The notes under the pieces were generated by a model. That model was not told the origin of the DNA. It was given only the letters and a program-made list of their open reading frames with translations, and searched no databases. A program made the position numbers and the translations under genes. Below, piece by piece: positions 13,201-27,157 of a stretch of 64,000 nt of DNA (positions are counted from its first letter, which is position 1; every line of letters starts with the position of its first letter). Origin of the DNA: Eledone cirrhosa (lineage: Eukaryota); the NCBI GenBank assembly GCA_964016885.1, contig OZ024740.1:62682001-62746000 (forward strand), read 5' to 3'.

Positions 13201-16168
13201 TAATCCGGTCACTGTAAGCTTTGCGCGCCGGGAACGACGCGTTCAACTTCCAGTAGCCGGCCCTTGCCTATGGAGTCTATATAAGTCAATTCACAGATAA
13301 AAAATGTGTGGTCCGTGTAGTTGACTACTTTAAATTGTGGACAACCTACACTATCCTTATCTGTTTCCCTACAGAATACCCTATCTAAATACAATCTGGA
13401 TGACCTGATGTGGTTTGCCCATGTCCACATTGACACATTCGGATAATCCAGTCTATACCTGTCAGACAGTTCAAAACGTCTGAGCAGGTTGTTGAGGCTT
13501 TTAAACCCTCTTTCCCTGTCTACTATCCCCACATAATCCCAGCGTACATCTAAGATACCGTTCCAGTCGCCCACCAACACTAAAGAGCGGAACGTTCCAA
13601 GAAAGGTCTTTAGACGTCTGAAGAAATCTGGCCGTGTTCCCCTGTTGGAGCGTAGACTGCTACTAGCCTGAAAGCATTGCCTTCGCTGCCTGTCACGTCC
13701 AGCACCACCGACTTACCTTCTGGGTCCAGGAAGATAGCCCGTATGGCGATATCCAAGCCTCTCCGAAAAAGCATAGCAACTCCTCTTCCAGATCCTGGAC
13801 GGCTGGGATATGCGTATACATCGTAGCCGCCGAAGATCGGTGCGACGGCTCGTGCTTCGGAGATCCTGGTCTCGCTGATGGCCACCACATCTATGTTTCG
13901 TGACCTGAGGTCGTTGAGCAGGTGACTCTGCTTCCAAGATGATCCCAGGCCACGTACATTTACACTACCTATTCTGAGTGCGGCCATGCTGGGTGAGGAA
14001 CGGGGTAAGTGAGAAAGGATCACTTACCTTGATCGTGAGGGAATGGACAGTAGAGCCATCCCTTCGGCTGGTCATGGGTGTCTCCAAGATGATATCTGTG
14101 TATATTCTTTTGGAGAGTGACCCCTGAAATCCCCAACTGCGTTTTTGTTTTAATTGTTTGTAATCTTCAAGTTTAATTTCCACGATGTTAATATTTTTTG
14201 GTAATGTTCTTGGTGTTGGTGGGGTGTGGTAATGTAAGTCTGAAATATCGGTGTGCTGTTTTATATGTTCCATTAATCCTTGGTGTGCAATGTTTATGGC
14301 TGTGTACTTTTTTGAGGGGAGGGGTGGTTTTGAAGCTGTTTTCTTGTTGTTGCTGTTGGGTGTGTGTGAGCTTTATTGTTTGCAATGTTGCTGTTTGTGG
14401 TGATGCTGGTGGTGGTGTGGTTGTTGTTGGTGGTGATGCTTGTGGTGGTGATGGTGGTGGCTTTGCTGCAAGTCACCTTGCAGTCTTTACCCTTCTTTGT
14501 TTGTCCTCGCTTTTGGAGGGCGAAGCTAAGTGGTTCTTTCGTTTTTGTTTTTGTGGCAGACTTTTTGCCACTTCACTCCCGCCTCATACCCCATGTCGGA
14601 TTCCGTGGCGTCTGGTAGGGGTATGTGCTCCACGGCTGTTGGTGGTGGTAGTATAGCCCTCTCCGGCGATTTTGTTGCTGGTGCAGCTACTGCAAATGTA
14701 GCTACTGGTGTTGCTGCCACTGCTACCTCTGTTTTAATTCTCCATGGCCTTGGTATGTGTGCCACGCACGTTGCCCTCCTACTCACCGTGGAGGGGTCTT
14801 CTGCCTCTGTTGCCTGCCCTGCTCTATGTAACAACGGATCAGACGTCGGAAGGAGGGGGCCCTCTTCTTGGCTGTCTTATGCGCGCAAAATGCCCTGAGG
14901 TGACCCTTTTCCCCACAGATATAGCACTTCCACGCTTAAAGGGCGTTGGAGTCCTTCCTCGAGGTCTATGATATCTGGGATGGCCTCGATACACTCCTGG
15001 TCAGTTTGTATTAGCATTTGCATGCCTATAGCTGACCAGTTCTCTCTTCCCATTCTCTGTACTTGCAGCATGGTGGACCTGTCCTCGATTCCAACAAGTA
15101 CAGACACGGCCAGCCAAGGTATGGGCACGTCGGGCGGAACCTGGGTCACTTTGACCCTCACAATTTTCTGCCCGCAGTAGGAGGGCACCAAGACCATCTC
15201 TTCACTCTTTAGGGTTTCCAAAGAGTGAGATTCGCCTCTTGGGGGGTGGCGAATAGTGGCATACTTTTTGCCTCGGGTGATGTGGGCTTTGCGCGCTCAG
15301 ACGCACCCCAAGGCTTTTGGGATTTGAGCCTCCGTGGCTCTCTCCACCCGATGTGACATTTTGCATACAGTGAGGTAAGTCACCGTCCATAGCTCCTGGA
15401 GGTGGAGGTTTCAGGGAAACTCTGTTGTCGTTTCTTAACACCATGGCTCTTGAGACTACCATCTCCTCCTCCGTCACTAGCATTGTTTCTATATTTCGGG
15501 CCACACCTGCGAAAGAAGTGGCCCCTTTTTCAGCGGCACCATTATTGCTGCCGCTACTGCTGCTACTGGTCTTGTTGTTGGTGCTGTTGCTGTTGCTACT
15601 GCTACAAACGGTGTTGTTGGTGTTGTTGCTGTTATCACTGTTGTAGTTGGTTGTGTTTTTGGTGCCACCGTTGTTGTTGTGTTCGGTGCAATTTATATCG
15701 TTGCTGTTGGTGTTGACGTTATTTATTTTCTTGTTAGTGGTGTTAATATCGTTGTTGCATTTGTTGTCATTTTTTTCTCTTGTCTGTATTTTGGTTGTCG
15801 CTGTTACTGTTGTGGTTGGTGTGGTCATTTTTTTAAAAATTAGTGTTCTCAGTGTTGTTTTCATTGCTGTCTTCACGTTGTGTGTGATGGTGTTTGTTGT
15901 ATCAATTTCTGTGTTCGCCGTAACCGTCCTCTCAACTTTTTCGCCGTTGTCACACGATAGGAGACATCGCCATGTTTTTTTGATAATTTTAAAAAGTAAA
16001 ATGTTCAAATATTTGGGCTAAAAGGCCCAAATATTATACTTTCCCCTTCACAGGGCAAAATCCAAGGGCTTATGTCCCTTACACAACAACAAAAATTTAA
16101 CAATAAATAATTTGTGACGGTAAATAAAGAGACTTACGGGAACGAACAAAAAGACGTCTGATCAGACC
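10297..16168 (-). mobile_element. Tx1/L1-clade retrotransposon, copy 2 (distinct subfamily, multiple frameshifts), (ATT)n on both sides
   Basis: ORF2 pieces 13610-13987, 13209-13580, 12641-13246, 11272-12879 (YADN), 10562-11375; ORF1 pieces 14020-16008; 3' AATAAA. Confidence 0.92.
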
Positions 16169-16186
16169 AATAATAATAATAATAAT

Positions 16187-16364
16187 TGTTTCTACGTTTG
16201 GCACAAGGCCAGCAATTACTCAGTGTATTACTGGTACTTTATTTTATCGACCCCGTAAGGATGAAAGGCAAAGTTAACCTCGGCGGGATTTGAACTCAGA
16301 ATGGCAAGGGCCGTAACTCTATGCGTCAAAGCATGGCGTCCGACCCTCTACCGATACTGCCAAT
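16187..16364 (-). mobile_element. Short-subfamily tRNA-SINE in (ATT)n
   Basis: Reverse complement of the 642-859 SINE lacking an internal block; tail TGGC-CTTGT-GCCA..AGAAACAATTATT. Confidence 0.9.
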
Positions 16365-16373
16365 AATAATAAT

Positions 16374-17275
16374 GCTTTCTTTATTAACCACAAGGGTTGA
16401 CACAAAGTATAACATTAAGGACAACACAGGACAATACAGGACGGTACAAATGGGCATTTCTACGTATAAAAAAAACCAAACAAAAACAGAGAATGTAACA
16501 AAAAAAAAGAAAACAATGAAAAATTCCCTAATAGGGGGGAGACTTCCGAGGGACGCTCGTGGAGAAAGCCCACAAAAAAGGTACGGTTATCCTGACCGCT
16601 AGGGCAAGTGCCCTCTTCCAGTTTTCCTCCTACGATGCTACAGGCACACGCTCAGAGTAGGCCCATTAACACGGGCCATTCTTGCCTCTCTCACCCACCT
16701 TTCAACAAACTGGCTGGAAGGCAGCACTTCCCTCTCCACCCTGATTTCCCTTTTCAGGTGAAACCTGAATAAGTTAATGAGGGCCAACACCTCGAAGTGC
16801 TTGATGTTCGACACTATTTCGGTGACGTTGTTTCCATATGCTGACACGGACTTCCGCATTCAAGTTAGCACGAGATGTCTCTCAACGTCTCCAGTAGTGA
16901 CTTTAGAGTCAGTAAGTACATATAAAAGAGATGACACCCATGATGGACCGAGCACATGATACTGAAGGGTTCCGATAAATAACTTATTGTGGACAACCAC
17001 AGATCAAATTGTGGCTTTATTGTCACGCTGCACCTTTACCACTCGGGTCCATCGAACGGCTTTCGTCCCTTTGTATTTTAAAATACCACAAATTAGCCCT
17101 GACAACGCAGCCTTTGTGGTTGGTGTTAAAGAATTGGTCGAGTTCCAATCCCACTGTAACCACAATTCCTTTCCTAAAATCCTCTTCTAAGTTTGTAACT
17201 AGCTTTCATTCTAATCTAGTTTTCTCTTCGTCACTCTTTCACTAAATCTATCAGTTCTACTCTAATTGCCTTTTT
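16374..17275 (-). mobile_element. Tx1 copy 3: internally deleted non-autonomous mosaic
   Basis: 3'UTR and C-terminus close to copy 1 (16374-~16780), fused to the RT YADD-region piece (SAYGNNVT) and then to the ORF2 linker region. Confidence 0.85.
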
Positions 17276-17463
17276 TGTTATAGACTATAATCCCCGCCCA
17301 CTCTCATGTTTTAATAGTTAACTAAACGATCTCACATTCAAAATCATAATGCTAAACTTCATACTGATAAATCACTGCATGCGCCTGAAATAGCAGTCAA
17401 ATATCTCTTAAATCTTATGAAGCAGACGATATCTAACACTACATTGAACAAAATAGTAATAAT

Positions 17464-17641
17464 CGTTTCTACTTTTGGCACAAGGCCAGCAATTACCCAG
17501 TACATTACTGGTACTTTATTTTATCGACCCCGTAAGGATGAAAGGCAAAGTTAACCTCGACGACATTTGAACTCAGACCATAAAGGGCCGTAACTCTTTG
17601 CTTCAAAGCATGGCGTCAGACCCTCTACCGATACTGCCAAT
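17464..17641 (-). mobile_element. Short-subfamily tRNA-SINE with TAGTAATAAT TSD
   Basis: Near-identical to 16187-16364; flanks tagtaataat on both sides. Confidence 0.9.
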
Positions 17642-17804
17642 TAGTAATAATAATAATGAAATATTGTGTACAGTGCTTATTGAAGGAAAAGAAAAGAAAT
17701 AACGGGATGATTATAGTTGAAACACTTTTGATCGTAGGTCAACTCAATGTAGTCCGACCTGGGGTTAAACAGTAACCAGAACCCCTGCGTGTTATAATGT
17801 ATAT

Positions 17805-17945
17805 GCAGCTAGCTGGCCAACTATCCAAACTCCAGTCAACCAGCCAACCAGCGGTCCAGCCATCCTGCCAGCTAGCCTGACAACCAACCAGCCTACTTGT
17901 AACCAGCCAGCCAACAAGCCATCTAATCAGCCAGCCTACGTCCAG
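17805..17945. repeat. Degenerate (CCAA/CCAG)n tetranucleotide repeat
   Basis: Direct reading. Confidence 0.7.
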
Positions 17946-18042
17946 GTAAAACAGCGCCAACCAGTCGGTCCAGATATTTTCTTGCGTATTTAATCATTCG
18001 TAGTAATTCATATATGTACTTTAATTTTTTTTCGTAGTCATT

Positions 18043-19100
18043 AACACACACACACACACACACACACGCACGCACACGCGCACACGCACACACACACACA
18101 CATAAACACACACACACTCATACAAACACGCACACCCACGCTGGTTCATTAAAACACAAAAGGAAGGCTTTTATGGTGTTATTCGACCTGCTAGAAATGC
18201 AGTCAAACTTTTCTCTCCCTGCCTCGTTTTAAAAGAAGGACATATTGCATAATGTTGTCCTGGTTAGATTGTAATACCCTGAAGCCAAATAACAACAATA
18301 CTAATAACACATATTCACAGAAATATACACAGCCTCACACACACACTCACATACACATGCCTCACACACACACTCACACATACACATGCCTCACACTCAC
18401 ACACATATAGCTCACATGCAAAAATGCCTCTCACACATACACATGCCACACACACACACAAACGCGATCACACATGCACATACATACACACACATTCACA
18501 TGCACACAGGCACAGATACACACAAACACATGTACACACATACACATACTTACACACACGCACAGTACACCCACACATACACACAAACACATGCACACAC
18601 ATACATACAAACACACGTACATATACACCCACACATACACACACTTACACACAAACACACGCACAGATACACCCACACACACACACACTTACACGCAAAC
18701 ACATGCACACACACATACACACACTTACACACAAACACACGCACAGATACACCCACACATACACACACTTACACACAAACACATGCACACACACACCCAT
18801 ACACACAAACACACGCACCCATACAGACACACACTTACACATAAACAGATGTGTATACACACAAAACGCACACATACACCCACACATCCACTCATTTACA
18901 CACAAACACATGCACTTGCACACACGCACACATACACACGCATATACAGACACATACACACAAGCACATGCATACACGCACACATGCACACACTTACACA
19001 CGAACATATGCACTTGCACACACGCACACTTACACCCACATATACACACACACACACACTTACACACAGATGCATACACATACACACAAAACACACAATC
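18043..19100. repeat. Long degenerate (CA)n-derived compound satellite
   Basis: CA/CATA/CACG units with recurring higher-order blocks (cacacttacacacaaacac). Confidence 0.9.
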
Positions 19101-19202
19101 GCTAAGAGGATAAGGAAGAGGCAGGTACGGTGGAGATGAAGAAGGGGAAAAGTAAGGGGAAGGATACGAGGGGGCGGGGCGGTAAAGAAGCAGAATGAAA
19201 GG

Positions 19203-19243
19203 AGAAGAAGAAGAAGAAGGAGAAGAAGAAGAAGAAGAAGAAG

Positions 19244-19274
<31 letters not shown>

Positions 19275-19385
19275 GGGCGAAGAAGAAGAAGAAGAAGAAG
19301 AAGAAGAAGAAGAAGAAGAAGAAGAAGAAGAAGAAGAAGAAGAAGAAGAAGAAGAAGAAGAAAAAGAAGAAGAAAACGACGAAGA
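19203..19385. repeat. (GAA)n microsatellite
   Basis: Direct reading. Confidence 0.95.
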
Positions 19386-19647
19386 AAAAGATGAATGGTG
19401 GTGAAAAGAAAAGAAAGATGAGAATAATATGTGTTAGTAGCCCTGCTTTAAGGCCACCAGGAATGACTGGATCGTGTAGAACCAAACTTTGGGTTGCGTA
19501 CTAATTCTTAGTAGTAGTATTACTACTACTAGTAAATAGTAAAAAGTAGGCGAATGAGTAGCAGTTGCAGGTAGTAGAATTCTTTTATTTTCCGGTGTGA
19601 TGCGCGTGAATGTAGGGATGATGGTGCGCGTGCGTATTTGAATAAAG

Positions 19648-20345
<698 letters not shown>

Positions 20346-20884
20346 GAGAGAGAGCCTGTTTGTATCTGTTGGTGTTATTCTGATGCTATTTAGAACAAAT
20401 AGACAATTCATCTATTCCTCCCTCCCCCATCTCTCTTTCGCGCTCGCCCTCTCTTCTATCTCTCTCTTTCGCTCGCTCTCGCTCTCCTCTATACACACAT
20501 GCACACACACAGACAGACACATACAAGCATATACACTCTCTATGCCACATATCATCCCCCACAGACAATTAAAAGACATTTTTGTTTCACGTGTAGTGAT
20601 GTAGTAATGCTATTAAACTGGAACGAAAAACAAAAACAAACACCAGAACGAAAGTAAAAAAAAGAACAAACCTAAAACAAGGTAAACAGACCAAAAAATA
20701 ACCCTAATACTTCCGACAAACATTTTTTTCAAAAGGAGTTTTACAAGATATAAAACCTATTTGACAGGTCTTTCACTTAATAATTAATTAAAATGTATTT
20801 TATTTGAAAAGACCACCAGGAATAAGAACACAACAACAACAAACAAACGAAAGCTACAATGTAACAATGGTAATTCTTAATAAT

Positions 20885-21097
20885 TGTTTCTACGTTAGGC
20901 ATAAGGCCAGCAATTTGAAGAGAAGAGAATGTCGACTAAATCGACAACAGTACGTTACTGGTACTTTATTTTATCGACCCCGTAAGGATGAAAGACAAAG
21001 TTAAGCTTGGCGGGATTTGAACTCAGAACTTAAAGCACCGTTACTCTATGTTACAAAGCATTTTGTCCGATGTTCTACCGATACTACTAATCCACCG
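20885..21097 (-). mobile_element. tRNA-SINE (long form)
   Basis: Reverse-complement match to 642-859, including the gtcga..tcgac block. Confidence 0.85.
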
Positions 21098-21209
21098 TAC
21101 AAAAATACATTTTATTTAGCATTTCTTGGTTAAATTTTAAAAAAGAAATACAACAAATATTGTATAAGTATGTAACTAACGGTGAATAAAAAATATTTTG
21201 TTCATAATA

Positions 21210-21285
<76 letters not shown>

Positions 21286-21344
21286 ACACACTCACACACA
21301 CACACACTCATACACACACATGTATGTCTATATAAAAAAATCAG

Positions 21345-21716
21345 GAACACTTTATAAAACTGACTTGGTAAACACCCACAAAATTGTTAACCATCTTGCC
21401 AACAACAACCCTGAGTACCTTTTTGATTTCCATGTGTCTAACACACGTGGACATGCCCACACAGTAAGAAAACAGCACAGCTCCCATGACTTTCGGAAAC
21501 ATTTTTTTCACGCTCAGAGTTGCTGAAGCATGGAACAAACTACCTGCATCAGTTGTTAGCTGTCGAGACACTGCATCCTTTAAGGCCTCCATGCTTCCTG
21601 AGATCCGCCAACACTACAGCTAACACATACACACATGTACTTCCCTGACATTTGTGTATTATTCTATGTACTATATTGACAAGTTGTAGTGCGCCTGAGC
21701 ACTTTACACAATAATT

Positions 21717-21778
<62 letters not shown>

Positions 21779-21779
21779 T
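21345..21779 (+). mobile_element. CR1-clade LINE 3' fragment with (ATT)n tail
   Basis: DLVNTHKIV..NTRGH..RKHFF..RVAEAWNKLP (one frameshift), the typical CR1 C-terminus, then (ATT)n. Confidence 0.8.
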
Positions 21780-21962
21780 AAAATGAAGATTCCTTACACC
21801 GGTAGTTACAATATGAATTGTGGGACACGGTCATAAAGACAGATTTATATATATATATAATAATAAATTTGAAGACTAAAATCCAAAGAGGGCTGGATAA
21901 GGATAAATATATATCAAATATATAAGAACCGTATAGCAAATTTTAATAAATATATATATATA

Positions 21963-22074
<112 letters not shown>

Positions 22075-22245
22075 TATAGATAGATATATATAGATAGATA
22101 TATATAGATACACACTCGCATACATATACACACACATACACACACATACACACACACACATATATATATATATACATATATATGTATATATATATATATA
22201 TACCTAATTATAGATTTATATATATATATATTGAAGAGGCGGGAA

Positions 22246-22460
22246 ATGACTACAGACACAAGCCTCAAGAGAGACGAATCGATACTGCTCTCATCTTTGA
22301 GTCACGAGAACTATTCAGAGCTAAGGGCGGTACAGCACCCTTTCTGGGACCATAAGAAACCAATTCCGCAGGAGTATCATACGATTATTGGAGTAATAAC
22401 ATCTGTTGCGCTTGTACTGTCCATTGTTGCTAATAGTTTGGTCTTCATAATCATTTGCAA
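22246..22460 (+). CDS. First coding exon of a rhabdomeric (Gq) opsin-like GPCR: N-terminus plus TM1
   Basis: MTTDTS...ENYS (N-glycosylation) ..[36 protein letters not shown] matches the HPxW..PxP..H..IG..GN..V pattern of r-opsins; ends at a perfect donor AA|GTAAGT (phase 2); later exons not found. Confidence 0.65.
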
Positions 22461-22578
22461 GTAAGTTTGATATACTTCTTTTTCTCTTTCTTATAGTATT
22501 CATTTCATATTAGCCCGCTCCTAATCCCCTATATATATATATATATATATAACACACACACACACAGACACACACACT

Positions 22579-22671
<93 letters not shown>

Positions 22672-22736
22672 TGACGGAATTAGCATGGGTATCAATGCTA
22701 GGACCGTTATATATATATAGATATATATATATATAG

Positions 22737-23012
22737 ATATTGGTAAACGGAATAGAAAATGCTGACAAATTGTTCACAGTGAAAAATAGTTTAATTAGGA
22801 ATAAGTGAGAATTAGTAATTGTATTGGTTAGTATTCAGTTTTGGTTTTAAGTTTTACCGGTAAAACTTAAAACCAAAACTGAATATTAACCAATACTATT
22901 ACTAATTTTCACTTATTCCTAATTAAACTATTTTTCACTGTGAACAATTTGTCAGCATATTCTATTCCGTTTACCAATATATAATAACTTGTGTGTTACA
23001 CCTCTATTCTTT

Positions 23013-23016
<4 letters not shown>
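22737..23016 (+). mobile_element. Near-perfect 244-bp palindrome plus one-sided ~35-bp tail in (TA)n (Penelope-like fold-back)
   Basis: 22737-22980 self-complementary around TTTTACC|GGTAAAA with no loop. Confidence 0.8.
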
Positions 23017-23083
<67 letters not shown>

Positions 23084-23121
23084 ATATGCACACACAAACA
23101 CGCACACACACAGATATATAT

Positions 23122-23237
23122 AACGAAGGAAGTGTGGTAAGGAACCAGATGGACCATAACGCACCAAAGTATCAATACTTAGGGAAGTGGAGTGGGTAAT
23201 AGGAACGAGTAGGACCCCGACGGCTGAGCTACACCCG

Positions 23238-23240
<3 letters not shown>
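23122..23240 (-). mobile_element. Short 3'-tail copy of the 58351-59826 fold-back family
   Basis: aacgaaggaagtgtggtaaggaaccagatggaccataacgcacc.. matches 58351-58460; lies in (TA)n. Confidence 0.85.
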
Positions 23241-23302
<62 letters not shown>

Positions 23303-23587
23303 TGTATGTATGTATGTATGTATGTATGTATGTATGTATGCATGTAAGTATGCATGTATATATGTATGTATGTTATTCTGGTTTTATAATTTCACAAAGT
23401 TTTACCAATAGAGAGAGTGTCGGTTTCTAACATAGACACAAGACTGGAATTTACACATCAACTAGGTAGATATGTATGTATGCATGTATGTGTAGATATG
23501 GATGTTATAGTATGCGTGGATGTGTATGTTTTGAGTTGTATGTGTGCATATGTATATGCTTTGCATCTGTATATGTGTATATGCAGT

Positions 23588-26582
23588 TATTAGATCTTTT
23601 TTACGAACTGCATTGTACAGTGTTTTGGCCACTACATCATGCCTCATAGGTAGATAGTACCACGATGACATCTTTGGACAGCTGCTGATAACATGGGTGA
23701 TATCCTCGATGTTAGTTCTGCAGAGTCTGCACTTGTTATCACATCTAGGTGTTTTGCCTGCATCCCTATTTCTTTTGTGAATCAGGTATTTCGTGTTAAT
23801 CTCCTGTTCCTGGATTGCAAAAGCGTATCCTTCAAAGTGGGAACCAATATAGCGGTTGTTGGTCCAAGATAGACTACTTTCCTTATCTATATTACTCTCA
23901 CTCTGGAGCTTCCTGGCAACATATCCATGCATGATTTTGTGCTGATAGGCATGCAGTTTTTCACGGATTCCCTGCGATACTGCTGTGCGACTTCCCTGGG
24001 TGTGAGTTTTTGATTATCACACAGGGAATATCTCTCGAAGAGTTCCTTCCCAACTCTCATGATCTTATCTATTTCGTGCAGATAGACTTGCTCGAGAAAC
24101 GGGCTCCTATGCTTCGAGGTTCGTAGATGTTGTCGGAGAGATATGATGCGACATTCAAATGCTGTCTGGACTGATGTTAGGCCTCTGCCTCCCTACTTAC
24201 GTTTCAAGTAAAGGCGGTCTATGTCACTGTTGATGTGGAAGTTCCCCCCTTCCCCGGTGTTGTTTAGTATTTTTCGAGTTCCAACATCAACTGCTCGGAT
24301 TTCGTCTATCGTCCAATTGAGTATTCCAAACGTTGGTGTTAGTACAGGCACAGCAAACACATTGTGAGCCACTGTTTTGTTTTGTGCAGGAGTTCCGGTG
24401 ACCAGATCTTTCTTAATCGGGTGTATTATTCCTTGGTTACGCATTCTTTATTACAGATACCATTATAAGATATGTTCTCATCTATCCCCAGGTATCTGTA
24501 GCAGTCCTCATCAGATATCGGTGAAACAGTTAGGCCATTGATGACAATGTTGCTAGATTGGGTTGTTGTTTTTCCCCGCTTTACAGTCATGTATGAGCAT
24601 TTATCTTGGCCAAACTCCATTCCTATATCCTTTGAGAACGTTGTAACCAGGTCAAGATTTTTCTTCATCTCATCCATGTTCTTGGCATAGAGTTTCAGAT
24701 CGTCCACAAAGAAATTATGGAGAGACTGCCCCCCTGAAATATACCCCTGCAAGTTGGAGAGCCTCTATCATCCAAGAGTGGGAAACAGAATCAAAAGCTT
24801 TCCTGTAGTCATATTCCTCCTAAGTTGTCGCACCCCCGACATCGCAGTTTTGTTGATTAGGAGTTGTTCAGCACATCCCCAAACCCCTTTCTTTCCAGCT
24901 GCTTATTCATCTGTGATGATGTTATTATTTTCACAGTGATCTTGGAGGAATAGGTTCATGCAGGCTGTATACATCTTATACATCAGGTTCTGGCATGCAA
25001 TGGGTCGGTAGTTTTTTGCCAAGTGGGTGTCTTTTTTCTTGGGGACCATTAACGTTTGTGCTAATGTCAACCATTCTGGTATAAGTGTATCTCCGTTAAG
25101 AACTTGTTGGTACAGGTCAGTAAGATACCTCCGATAGAATATCAGTTTTTTGTACCAGTAGCCGACAATCATGTCTCTTCCTGGTGTTTTCTTATCTTGG
25201 AGTTTTCCTATCACAGTCTCAAGGGTACCCTCACTTATTTCGTATGTTTTTGTTGTAGTGTAAGAGCAATAGTTCTTTCGGATTTCTCTTAGCCACACTG
25301 CATCTTGGTTGAAATTCTTCTTTTCACCCCATATTTTGCTCCAAAAGGAATCTATGTCTTTCTGGGATGGGGCCTCAGTGACAATTATTATTTTGCGATT
25401 CATATCTCTATAGACTGATGTTTGGTTTCGTCTGAATCTTTTATTAAGCACTTTTCTCTCATCTACCTTCTTCAGGCATCAGCGTTTTTCGCTAACATCT
25501 CTCAATTCTTGTTTGAGGGTGATCAGCTTATATTGGAGAGTTCTGGTTCTACTGTTACCAAACATCGTCTCTATGTTATTTTTCACTCTTTGTTGGGGAG
25601 GAGTGAGCTTTTTTTGTGTTTGTTTGCATGTAAGGAGCATTGTCACATATCCTATGTTTTTTCGTAGGTCAGCACTCTTTTTTTTAATTTTAGTTATATA
25701 TGATGGTATTTTTGGTGGTGTTTTGTTCTTGTTAATATCTCTGCTATCACCAAGATAATGCTTCACTGTCATTGCTAAGGCATATAAACAGGCGTTGATT
25801 TGCCAAAATGTTGGGGTTTTTATCCGTTTCATCCCCTATTTCGTCAATAACACGTAATATTTCATTATTTGGTTTTTTATTCAACATTGTCGTTTTAACA
25901 CGTTCAGCAAGAGAGATATTTATACTTGAGTTAATTTCTCTCTGGAAGGTTTCATTGAGGGAAATTTTCAATTGTTTATACTTTTGATTATCATTATCGA
26001 TAGTATTTTCCACAATAGTCGAGGTAGAATCGGATGGTACACGTGGTGTCAAATTTCTTCGATTATTATTATTATCGATAGTGTTTTCCCCAGCATTCGA
26101 GGTAGACTTAGATGGTACAGGTGGTGTCAAGTTTCTTACAGGCATAGTTGTTTCAAGACGCTGTTCGACCTGGCTGCTAGGAAGTCTAGTAGCATCGCGA
26201 CCTGTAGCACGTGTTGTTGATAACATGTTTGTTGTGGGGGACTTACGATTAATAATATTTATCTTATTTTTACGTTCAACAAACGTCGCTTGTTGGCGTA
26301 ATTGTTTCGCTGTGAAATAATTTAGCTCTGGGTGCATTTCGTCCCAGTGTATCTTCATTCTATTCATATAGCCAATGGAGGGATTGTTTTTTGCCATTTT
26401 ATAACAATTAAATAAATCATTATTAAGTTCGCAACTCCAAGAGAAATACGATTTATAATTTCGGTTTCTTCTGTAGCTACAACTGAATAAAGTTTGATTA
26501 CCTTCCTTGTTATTTGTCTTCGGTACTTCCTTAATTCTTTTGTTGATGTTGTGTTCAGCCATGCTGTTTGTAGCAAATCCTT
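23588..26582 (-). mobile_element. R4/Dong-clade retrotransposon in (CATA)n, frameshifted, broken before the RLE domain
   Basis: N-terminal W..ELN.DL..CY..GYMNRMK..W; RT (KTPGRD, NYRPIAC, FFVDDLKLY, YRYLGI); CRLC..EDITHVISSC and RHDVV motifs. Confidence 0.88.
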
Positions 26583-26607
26583 GTATGTATGTATGTATGT
26601 ATGTATG

Positions 26608-26638
<31 letters not shown>

Positions 26639-26639
26639 G

Positions 26640-26900
26640 CAAGGGCCTTGTTTCGGGGGGGGGGGAGGGACTTTTTCAAACGTCTATATTTTATTTTTTG
26701 TATATTTGATATAATAAATTCTTTTTAATTTATTTTTTTTAAATATCTGAACTTCATTTGAATACATAAAATTTAATTAGCGTAAAATTATTTTACTTGT
26801 GATAGGGTCTGGGAAAGGCACCATAAGCAATTTATGCTCCTTTAAAAATCAACAAATGTTGCTTTGTCCCCCTCACATTTTTATGCAAACGAGGCCCCTG
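26640..26900. mobile_element. hAT-like MITE
   Basis: Terminal inverted repeats CAAGGGCCTTGTTT / (rc)CAGGGGCCTCGTTT; imperfect 8-bp TSD tatgtaag/tatgtatg. Confidence 0.6.
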
Positions 26901-27113
26901 TATGTATGAATGTATGTTTGTATGTATGTTTGTATATATGTTTTTATGTTTGTATACACACAAGCCCACTCTCTATCCCTCTACATCTGTCTGTTTCTCT
27001 CCCTCTCACACACGTATACTTATGTCTTCTCTGTTGACATTTCTGAGTAATTCACTTCATTGAACTTATTAATCTCTACTATGAGTACTCATTTTCGCGC
27101 TGGTCAATACTAA

Positions 27114-27156
<43 letters not shown>

Positions 27157-27157
<1 letters not shown>

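Noticed and set aside
4319-15716. Plus-strand ORFs overlapping the Tx1 elements (e.g. 5007-5516, 5658-5966)
   Set aside because: Antisense shadows of GC-rich ORF2 or of low-complexity ORF1; their recurrence is explained by sense-strand conservation
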